Positions 44,576 to 55,800 of a stretch of DNA of 64,000 nucleotides are shown here, one piece after another. The stretch is from assembly GCF_018977255.1 (NCBI RefSeq), contig NW_024704743.1, forward strand, positions 82,524,001 through 82,588,000, written 5' to 3'. Position 1 is the stretch's first letter; each line of letters begins with the position of its first letter. The DNA comes from Callorhinchus milii. Lineage: Eukaryota. The position numbers and the translations under genes were made by a program. The notes under the pieces were generated by a model that worked only from the letters and a program-made list of their open reading frames with translations, did not search any database and was not told the DNA's origin.

Positions 44576-44783
44576 AAACAACAAAATTACATTTATAGAG
44601 CACCTTCCATGTTGAGAGGACGTCCCAAGGCGCTGGACAGTCAGGGGTCAGGACTCGAGCATGGGGGAAGTGTGGGGTAGGGGTGAGGGAAGGCAGAGAG
44701 GTGGGAGGGCGCCCGAAGGCACGATCAAAGAGGAGGGTCTTGAGACCGCTTTGAAGGAGGCAAGGGGAGAAGCGAGGCGAAAA
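44576..44783 (-). mobile_element. Short L2 3' end
   Basis: Reverse complement similar to 39895-40100. Confidence 0.8.
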
Positions 44784-47424
44784 AGCACTACTTGTGCTGG
44801 GATCTTGTTTTGATGCTCAGACAAATGCAGGAAGCTTCAATTCCAGCAACAATTACATTTTCAAAGTTATCCAATCTGATCCAAATGGGGATAGAAATTC
44901 ATTAAAAGCACAACGTCTAGGAGTTTCTCACTCCTGAAGCAGGATGAAACTGTGTCAGGCTTGGCTCAGTTGCAGCACCAACCAGTCTAGGATAAGAGAA
45001 TCTGTCTAAGAATGTATAAAATGCAAACAGGACACCACAAGGATGAGTTTTTGGTCTTAGAGGGAGAGTTCATCTTGTTCCTTCCTGTTTTCCAGGGGAT
45101 GGATCTAGGTCAGATGATGGAATCAAATTGAAACAGAAAAATAGTTGAAAATGTTATACCCCTATTTTAAAACCAAATCTATTGAATCACAACAATCGTC
45201 TGTGTTCCTGAGGTACTTAAAATATTGTATGATCAATGTCATTAATTGGATGGAACACATCTTCCATTTAATTTTGTAAATATGTAAATATGTCAGCAGC
45301 AGATTGTCAGCAGTTCCTACTATTGAAAAAAGATGCCGTTTTAGTTCTCGAGCTAGTCAGTAAAATTTGTAGTCTGTTTAAACCCATTTCTAAATGCATA
45401 TCACACGACTCCAGTTACTGCCAAAATCTACAGTCCTGGTATTTCAAACATGCAGCTGAAGCTAATGTTCCAATGAGAACATTAATAACATTAAGGAGTA
45501 CTGTGTAATGGGAAAGTTAGGCATCCTGAACAATCGATGAGCTGGCAACAAGAAGCTGACTGGTCAAGCAGCCCCTCATCTGCTGTTTTCTGAGGGCAGC
45601 CAACTAGAGATTGGAGAATCAGGAATCTCAGAAAACAGGAACAAGGGAGGTTATTCAGCCCACCAACCGTGTTCCATCAGTTTATTAAAGTATAACATTT
45701 CCCTACCCTACTCTTTTGACGTAGTTAATACTGTATTTCTACTATCCAAGTACCTGACTATCTCTCTTTTAAATATCCCTAATGATTCAGCCTCTATAAC
45801 TTTCTGGGGCAGGTAGAGCATTCCACAACTTCATCCTCTGCATGAAGAAATGCTTCCTGACCTCAGTTCTCATTGTCTTTGAAATGGATACCTCTACCAA
45901 AGGGAAGAGTCGCCCACAACCTTATTTGTCAATTACTTTCATTATTTTAATTACCTCAATGAAGGATCATTGCAGGACTTGCTTCAAGGCTTTGTTAGAA
46001 ATAGACATATTCATATTACATGGTTCTTTCCTGGCATTTGATTAAAGTGAGGGTGATTTGATTGAGGAATTCGGGATCCGGAAGGGTTTGGCTTAAATAA
46101 ACAGGTAGCGACTTTTACCTGCATGAATTACTAGAGGACGCAGCCTTAAAATGAAGACTAATCAGATTATGGTAGCACAGTTTGTGGTAGTTACTGTGGT
46201 TATGACTGTCTGCGTTGTAACCTGGAGAAAATTTTGCCGCACAAACCCACAGATCAAAAATCAATTGAGAGATTAAAAAATATATATTTAGAGAAATGGT
46301 AAAAGTTTTGATGAGAATGCAGGGAAGTTGAATGAGAGGTGGTAGAGAATAGTTTCATGGAATCGTCTGTGGCAAAGCAAGTTCATTGGGCCGAATAACT
46401 CAAGCCTAGAGCAAGAGGAATCTGAGGAGCCACCAAGCATTTAAACATGGCCAAAGATGGAGGATTCAGAGCAAATCTTCCCAACGACATTGATGTCCAA
46501 GGGAAAAAGAACCCAGGTGAAAAGGGTGATGATGTCAGGAGTGAGCCCAATCACTCGTTGTGAATTTGTGACACCATGGTTTTGTACAACATGACGGTCA
46601 GTGTTTTTTGGAGGGGGAAGGAATCCATTCTTGGAACCATAGTTAAGTAGAAGGAAAAATGAGTCAGCATCTCCTGGAGTGAAAGGGAGAATCTTGCTAG
46701 TGATTCAAGAGGGAATTTTTTTTGAAGAACGTAGGGGGGAAAGAACTGAAATGAAATATTGCCAAGTTTTTGCTTATGAATATCTAATGGTATAAAAACT
46801 GAGTCAAGATTAATTCCTACAACATCTGAGATAACATCTTCCTGTCTGCTGACCTAATATTTTAATGATTTTTTTATTTGCTGCTCTGATAATCTAAGTA
46901 CAGCTGCCTGACTTCTTCTTATCATCAATGTCTTTTCCTCTTTCATATTTGGAATTGAATTCTTTCTTTCTGACAGTCTTGCTTAGTTTCCCTATTTCCT
47001 TCTTTTTCCCTGAACCTGCCTCTGGACCTCTTATGGCTTTGTTGCTATCTTTCTTAAGATGAGCTGTTATGTATCAGACCAATATTTTTTCAGTTGTTGT
47101 TTGTTTTCTCTCTACTCTTTCTCAATGTCTTTCTTTATTAGTCTTGTTATTCAAGACCAATAACTCAGTTTTACAGTTCCTTCTTTCAAGGCACTTCTCA
47201 AAACAACAACTTGTATTTATACAGTGCCTTTCACACGGGTTAAGATCTCAGATGGTTCCCCCCCTCCCGTGGCTTTGACTCTCGGCTTGGGTGTCCAATC
47301 AGCATTGTGAAGCACTTCGAAATGTCCTCCTGTTGTGAAAGGCCCTATATAAATGTAAGTTTATTTGCCCTTATAACATCCTAGTATCTCAGTTGGCTGA
47401 GCATTGGATCTGATACCATCATGA

Positions 47425-47785
47425 AAATAATCCTTGCATTTGATATAGCACATAAGTTGAAATGTCTTGAAGTGCGTCAGAGTTGTTTCTGTGAAGTGTC
47501 AAGATTGTACTTGGAGGCAAACGCAGCAGCCAATTTGCACACAGCAATGTCCTACAAACAGCAATTAAGTGAATGTTCATTTTTTATCTGGATGATTGTT
47601 GGCCAGGACACCAAGCAAAACTCCCTTCCCTTTTTAAATAGTGTCACGGAATCTTTAATGTCACCGGACCACGGTTTAACATCTCTTCCAAAGGGCAGCA
47701 CCTCCAACAATACAATGGTTCTCCAGCACTATGAGCTCAAAGTCCTGACATGGGGCTTGAACCCACAACTGTCTGACTGAGCAAC
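47425..47785 (-). mobile_element. Degenerate Deu-domain-type SINE
   Basis: Tail CCTTGCATTTGATATAGC, body GTTGGCCAGGACACC...GGTTTAACATCTC...CAGCACCTCC, head CTTGAACCCACAAC. Confidence 0.65.
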
Positions 47786-49740
47786 TAGAACATGTTGATA
47801 CCTAACAATTAGAGTGGTTGAATCACATCTCTTCAACTTGATAAGATTGATAAAAAAAAGTACAACAAGCATTTATATAGTCTCCGTCCTATAGGATAGC
47901 ATCTTGGAGCATTGAGTACCATGTTTAAGGGGAAAATCATTGAGTTAGATGAGGTGGAGCCAGTCTCTCTAATCTTGAACTCCAAGGTGATCAGTCATCC
48001 AAAAGAATCTTGTTCGTGGATCAGTGTACCTGGCTCATAAATGAGACTTGAAGAGGAGGCCAAGTTCTTAAGCTTGTGGCTCAAAGTCCCAAAAACATTT
48101 TATCACTGTTACCCAATACTGTAGTTCTTTTGCTGCATTGAAACTCACCTTGCCTTATTTACTTCTGGCAAGGTCCTCTGAAGCAGTGAGATAGGCAATT
48201 ATTTGGCAAATGAAATGCTCCCTTCAAACTACAACCAGAAATAACATCTGCTCAGCAGGTTCAAATTTATTTTCAAAGTACTGTTGGAAGTTATTTAGAT
48301 TACATTTGTAAACACAATGTTCTTGCTGTCAAATTTTGGCTCAGTGTGATAATATCTCCCATCACGAGGCTTGCACCAGTTCCAATATTTTACATTATTC
48401 TAGAAAGCATATACAGTGCAAGAGATTTCCAGCTCCCAAAGCCTGGACAATAAAAAAAAACACTTTGGGGAAAAGTATTGAAAGTGACACATTAATAAAA
48501 AATACATTTATATTGGAACATTGACATAAATCCGAGATGGTATCAAGTTTATTGCGTTCTTTACGTCAATCAACACAATACTGATTCCACTGTTCCTGGG
48601 CAATCTGATACAGATCTAATACTCTCTGGAATTAGGTAAGCAGAGCGCGTGCCTCTTGTAAGAGAGTGTGCATTACCTTGCAGACTCAGGGAAGTTTCCC
48701 TGCGTAAGTGCCATACATTAAACATGGTTTACACAGCTGACCAAAAATAAATATTTACTGGTTTGATCTTCTCCCTAGTTCAGCACTTCCTTCAAAGAGT
48801 TCCAGTGCTTTTTGTCATTTACTTGCCAAGTTATGTTCACAGATGATGAAATTATGGCCGATATCCTTCTCTGAGGAAACCTCCAGCTTGCTTGACAATG
48901 GGACATAATACCAATAATAATCCTGCATTTCACACCAGTTGGAGGTCTCAAAAGTGTTTTACAGAATACACTGTAAAGTGTAGTGACTGTGTTTTGTAGG
49001 CAATCTATATGTGATAGGTGATAGTTATAAATGTGCTTAACTGCATATTTAGCCTTAGTCCTGTCCGACCTATTACATGAGCACGGCCAAACATGCAATT
49101 TCTGAATTTGTTGCCTACTTTTTGTAAATTAGCTTGTTCATGTTGCCAGTGAAATTTAATAAAGGTGACCTTTATTGCACAACAGCTGCAATAACAACAA
49201 TTTGTACTTTTATGATGCCCTTCATGCATAGCAGGATCTTGGAGCGCTTGCCCAGCCTAATACCAGGGCCATTGACTAGCAAACCTTTAAACTAAGTTCA
49301 AAAAGAACTTAGGTAGGACTTCCCACTCACCCTGCCACTAGATTTTTATAGGAAGGAGCTATTGCATCAGCTATTATTCTGGCGATAGAAATGTCATTGG
49401 GAAGTTGAGGCCAGTGTACAGCTAAACAATGGTGGCAGTGGATAATATATAGGCATACACTCACTTGCAGCACATTTTGAAGAGCTGAATGCAGCATAAC
49501 TGGGCAACAGATAAGACATTCTGGTGACCATCAGGAGATACCATGTAATGTGCTTTTGAAAAATGTTATTCAGTTTGGTTGTTTGTTGCACTGACATTTC
49601 TGAGTCAGAAGGTTGTGGGTTTGAGCTGATGACCTAGGCTCAATACTCCAGTGCAGTATTGATGGAGTACTGCATTGTCATCTGAGGTACAGTCCTCTAG
49701 ATTAGACATAAAAGTGAATACTTTTATGGAGTCCTGTAGC

Positions 49741-50066
49741 TGTGGAGTCCTGTAGCTCAGTGGTTAGAGCACTCGCTTTGCAAGCGAGAGACCTGAGTTC
49801 AATTCCAGGCAGGGCGAAACCTTGGGCAAGTTTCCTTACTCCACACAGAGCCTAATAATAATCCCTCCAAAACCAAAAACAATAATAAATTGGTCATTTT
49901 CAACCTACGACTGTTTGTGGGACATTGCTGTGCGCAATTGGCTGCCGCGTTCGCCCACAAATATACAGTCAAATTCACTTAACAGTGTGTTCTGTGAAGC
50001 GCTTTGGGACGTCCTCCCGACGTGAAAAGCGCTATATCAAATGCAAGGATTATTATTATTATTATT
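49741..50066 (+). mobile_element. Young full-length tRNA-Ala(TGC)-headed SINE
   Basis: A box TAGCTCAGTGG 49753-49763; anticodon arm CTCGC-TTTGCAA-GCGAG 49772-49788; B box GTTCAATTCC 49797-49806; 3' stem-loop 49999-50032; (ATT)n tail. Confidence 0.92.
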
Positions 50067-51745
50067 AAATACTCTACTGTCCTTGCAGATGGGTCATGTG
50101 GAACGATCCCATGAGAGTAATTGCTTTAAAAAGTACCATGTTTATTTTATTTTAAGTGAATGAGGTGCCTGGCCTGCCATTATTCCACTAGAGTTTCCCA
50201 AATTGGGAAACTTGACAAATAAAATGGCAAAAACACTTGGAAGCTTGAAACGCCATCTAGGCTTTCAGCCTAACCAATGTTCTTTAATACTATAACCCTG
50301 AGTGCAAAAAATGTCCTCGAGACTCAGATCTTGGCTGACCAGTCAAGGAATGGTAAAGACAGGTGAAAGGATAAAAGCTAGAATGTCAATTTAAAGCAAG
50401 GATATCATTTAATAAAAAGATGGCAATTAAAAATTTACAAAAAAGTACAGTATCTTACAACAGAAGGATAATTCCATTATAGTACAAATGCTCAGAATTT
50501 GCAGCATAATGTCCAAGCAGATATCAAAAACAACACATTTTTACATGCAGGGACACTTCATATTGCACCAGAAGTTTAGGCATACAGCAGGTCCTGAGAT
50601 TCAAGGAACACAGGAAGATTTCATATTCAGAGATGCACCTTGCAGCTCCAGAGCTAAAGCAGAGCTGCAGCGATTAGGCACTGTCTTGGTTGAAACAGCA
50701 AAGTATTATATAAAAAACACACACGCACATTCACTCAGAATAGGCTAGCCGCGTAGAACAGGCTTGCTGTGTAGAAAACAAATTTAAAACAATAAAAGAC
50801 CCAATTTTAGCCCATTACTCAGATAGTTCTCTTTTTGTTCACAGATTACCACTTTTTAAGAAAAAAAATCACTTGCATAACTGCAACAGATCAAAGAAAT
50901 CTAACATTTTAATATTATCAAAACAAAAGTTATATATAAAAAAAACTTGTTTGAATTTTTACTCTAATCTAACTCCTTACCCCTATAAGGAGTTAAGTCT
51001 TATTGGAAGACCTTGCTTGCTCAAACGCAACGCTGACCACAGATTTCTGTACCACTCTGTGGTTTACTGTCAGGATACAGATGCAACATCAGGAATCCCG
51101 ATTTGGATTATTATAAAGCAATCCTGTCAGAAATTGTCAAATATTAGAAGTTAATGTACGCATGATGCTGCACGATACCAGTGTTGATCTAGAGAGAAGT
51201 TATNAAAAATATTTCAAATGTAAACCATGTGGTAAAAATTCTGCTCTGATTAAAAAGCGAGTGCACTATATTTAAAATTGTGCGAACTGAATGCCCGCAT
51301 TGCTTTCAACATCAATTCCCTGATACACTTAAATTCCTCCATCACTGAACACTTGTGTTATTCAATAAACCGATCAGAACATTCCTGTATGGAACAGCCT
51401 CATTCTAACCTCAATCTCCTTTAACCTCTACCTTTAGTGTACCTTATGCAGTTATCATACAATCTCTAGATTCCTGTGAAAACAGATCTTTTTTCCCTTC
51501 ATCATAATATATCAACCTGACACTGCTCTAGTCTAAGATTACATATCATCTACATAGCAAAAAAAGTTTTAAAAATGCAGACAAAATAACGTATGATGCA
51601 AGTTGCAAAAAGAAGTTCTTACTTATGATAGACCTAAACACAACCGAATAACAAAGCACTTGCCTCTTCCATTCCTCATGGCCATCATTCAAACACAACA
51701 CAATCCCTGCCAAACTTATAATTCACCCAGAGATATACTGTTCAA

Positions 51746-51808
51746 TTAATATATGTATAATATATATTATATATAAATATATAATATATATTATATATTT
51801 ATATAATA
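51746..51808. repeat. AT-only low-complexity quasi-palindromic tract
   Basis: (AT)n with interruptions, directly visible. Confidence 0.85.
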
Positions 51809-52789
51809 CTGGGAAATGGGATTGCATTTGTATATGCTTGAAAACACAAAGTGTGCCAAGCAATGAATTAGGCACATTGCCTAAATTGAGTTGACACAGG
51901 TTTGTATTGTAAATTTAAATGAGCTCCATCTCAAATCCAAAGCCCAAAGACCACCATGCCAAAGATTGGTTGTCTATCTCAGAACCAGTGGCTTCAACTG
52001 AAATAAGAAACAGTCACTTCAAGTCACACTGATAATTGTATTGGTTTGAAATAGAAGGAATTATTGCAAAAGCAAGACGTTGAAAAATCAGGGCAATTTT
52101 TTTTAAACAAAAATAAAATTCAGCAACTCTCACAGTATTACACACATCAGGCACATACAAACACTAATACGTCATGTTACTTTTGTTGTTCTTTTAACAA
52201 GTTTAAGAACCATCAAATTCCATCTATCTGAAATCTGTGCACATGCATGTATTATTGGTGCAGTTAAGAGTTCTGTCACTGCATATATGGTTGTGTTTAT
52301 GATCATGCTGGTCAAAATCTGCAGCTGGGCTGCCTCTGTGCCCAATCACCAATACTATGGTATCAATATCCCTCAATCTGTCAAAATCTATGCAATCTTC
52401 AAGAGAAATCTCAATTCTCGCTGAATGTCCAAGCCTGGCCTTCCTCCACAGACATATGTTTATCTTCAACCAAACGCCCAACAAATCTCCACTCCCAGGT
52501 TCTTCCTCAGTCCCACTCTCAGCATCTTCCTCTGTCCCACTTCCACATTCTTCTTCAGTTCCACATCCCAGCAGCTTCCTCAAATATATTTACATCTTTT
52601 GATCTTTTCTTTCTAAAAAAACTTGCCCAGGTGTCTATTTTAGCTCTGCTATAAAGGTCAAATATAAATAGTACTGTACATTATTTACATGTGTAAGCAA
52701 AAAAACATCATTTTTTAAAAAAAATGTAGCTCTGTCATCGTGTCAAAGCAGGAAATGCTTCTGCAGAAGTGTCCCGAATGTCAGCCTGT

Positions 52790-52879
52790 TCAGAACCTGA
52801 AGAGACTGATGAAGTCAAGGGGTGAAATAAATGTGCAGGAGCCCTCGGGATTATTGGCCGTGCAGGGGTGCTGGACATC
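52790..52879 (-). CDS. FBXO32: FBXO32 exon 9 (to stop codon)
   Basis: tctcag|GAT GTC...[35 protein letters not shown]; 90 bp. Confidence 0.95.
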   Translation of the reverse strand, partial: DVQHPCTANNPEGSCTFISPLDFISLFRF

Positions 52880-55800
52880 CTGAGAACAGATAAAGATAAA
52901 GAGCACTTCATTATATTTTAAGAGCAAAAAAAAGCAACTGGAAAACTACACCTCACTTTAAGATTGAGAATGCATACAATCTTGACATGTAACAATACAC
53001 ACTACTTTTCAGGAAAGGGGCTGGACTTTGATTTTCAGAAGCTAGTAACTTGCAATAATTGTTCTGCATCCCACCAAAGCAAAAATCTCTTGGAAGCAAT
53101 TTTGCAGCAGGTGGTTTTTTTCCACAACGCTTCTGTAACAAGTCAATAAACCCACAAAAGCCTCCTATTTTTGCTGATGTTCTCAACATATTCTTAAGAG
53201 GAACTGGTTTGGCAGTGACCAGCACACTGCGGGGGCATTGTAAAGTCTTTGATGAAGATTGCAAACTCCTTTATGATTTTGCACAGATGATGAAAAATGA
53301 ATGCTTGCCAACAAGTTGTGACTTAATGCTATGTCCAAACATTTCTACAAATGGTCTTTGAAAAGCTGAAGAAATCTATTCAAGTACATCTAACTCTGTC
53401 TCGACAACCGTCTACAATGAAGTGATTCATTTTAGATAATACCTTCTCTGTTCATATAAGAAGCAGAAAAACAATGAATAACAGCAGCAAAGGAACTTGC
53501 ATATCATTTAGGTGAAGGTTGGGGGGACATACAATTTAACAAAGAAATGTTTTTGAGACCCATGATCCTATTCTTTGTTCAAACAGCTGATGCGTAATCA
53601 ACGCATCAATCCAATCCATGAGGAACCTGCTACTTATGGGGTAATGTACAATCAAAGTAAAATACTGGATCTACAAGAAAAATAAATACATAAAACAGGC
53701 ACACAGATCACAAATTGTCCAAAACTAGGGCAAATACTTTAAAAGTTTTGCATTTCTTCAAAACCAAGTTGGTAAGTTTTTATGCTAACTGGCTTCTGGA
53801 ATGTTCTTCTTATCTGATCAATATAAGTGGTGTATATTTCTCAATACTGAGTCAGAGACTAATTATCGGCCACTATAAAATGGGTTGTGTGTACTCTCAC
53901 TCTGAAGGTCGGCTCGTATTGGGAGGCTCTGTTTGAGAAGAGTACAACAACAACAACTCGCATTGTATAGCACCTTTCCCATAATTAAACATCTCATAGT
54001 GCTTTGTAGAGATGTAGTGGGAACCTAAACAGGTAGGTCTTCAGCTGGATTTTAAAAGTTGAGGTGGGGTTCAAGGAAGAAGGATTTAGAGTGAGAATTC
54101 CAGAAGCTGAGGATAAGTTTGCTAAAGGCTCCCAAGTTAGAGTAGACCCATCACTGAAACTAGCATGGGGAACGTTATGGAGATTGTGAATCAATACTTT
54201 AGACTATAAGATCACCCAGTCCATTTGGCCTGTGAATTCGTTGTTTAGGAGAATTTCAGTGAAAATATACTGTCAGAGCATGAGGAATCAGCTTCCAGTA
54301 CCTTCCAGCAGAGGATGTGGCAATGTCTGCAGAAGAGCAGTGTGTCTGCGTATTGCTCTTTCTTTGGGTAACACCTCCCCAGCTTAAAGTACATTTTCTT
54401 CCAGTCCAAGTGGCCTTTTTCAGATAAAATCAGACGTTTGCGAATCTAGAAAAGGCACAAAGATGAAGCTGTTAGCAGAATTTTCTCTAAAAGAAATGGG
54501 CTTTGTGAATGAAGGAACTGAGTGTCAAGGATGTTGGGATGTTACGAGGCAACAGTGGGTGGGAGGGAAGGGGGGGATGGGGGGATCACCAGTTTTCAGA
54601 AAGTGGTCTATTTGCTTCTCTTTTCGCAGGTGTCACAAAAAGGATCAATGGAATAGTAGACTAAATCCCAGTCGCTCTGCAGATATTTTAGCCATTCCAA
54701 GAGCAAGTTGTCACATGAAGGAGAGGGAAATAGAAGGCTATACAACAACAAGATTCCATTTATAAGTAATGTATGGATATAAACACTAGCACAAACTGTT
54801 TGGGCTGTTTCCACACTGTGCATTCTTTGTAAATCTTTGTAAAATGGTTTAAAGGCAAGTCTGTGCATTGAAAAGTAATGCGTAGTGAACGTACCTGCCG
54901 TTCCGTGAAGTGATAATGACACAGTTTCTTCCACAGAAGCCGATCCTCACTTAACACTTGGAGGCTTGGTGCAACCTGACCAAGACTGACAATATCTCTT
55001 CCATCGGACAATCTTTGCATAATGCCCAACTGGAGACACAATGGAAGGTCTGTGAGGGTTATTCCTTTGGATGTGGGCTGAAACAGAGGATACATTCAAC
55101 ATTGTTAATAGCTTCAAAAGCATTTTTTTTCACGAGGAAAATAAAAGGCCATAAAATGCCTCACAGTAAGAATAGGGGTCAAGACTGTTTCTAATGTTCA
55201 ATATAGACAGTCTGCAATTGTCTTGTGGCAAAAGAGAAATCAGGAGAGAGATTTAAGATCTCTGAAATTAGATGTCTTCTGATTAACCTATTTCAATCAA
55301 GTTGGTTTACGTTGTTTTGGGCAAATTTCACATGGAAAAAGTAACAACTAGAATTTTAAGAGGAAAAACAATAAGGATAATGATATATAATAATAATACT
55401 TGTATTTGATGTAGCACCTTATCACATCAAAGCAATTCACAGGATTTACTGACTATTTTTTAGACAGCCAATTTGCACACGGCAGTAGCTCACAAACAGC
55501 AACTGAAGTGAATGACAAATTTTATTCGAGTCAATGAAATACAAAACGTACACTATAAATGGGAAAAGTGTCTATGATCAGTTTGAACGAAGGTGATGTA
55601 AATGAGTGAAGTGTAAGTTAAGGAATTTATGAATTTACTGAGAAGGTTAATGAAAGAACTTTGACTAATTCAATTCTCAATTGCTTAGGATTCAAAGTTT
55701 AGCTGTAAATTCTACAATAAATACTATTTTATTCTTTAAATTCTCTTACATCGATTTATTTCCCTGCTAAGTGCTATGGTCAGCTATTTCTGGCAACAAA

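Noticed and set aside
49741..49812. tRNA-Ala(TGC) gene
   Set aside because: The tRNA-like part continues into a multi-copy SINE body and tail, with no convincing acceptor stem or oligo-T terminator
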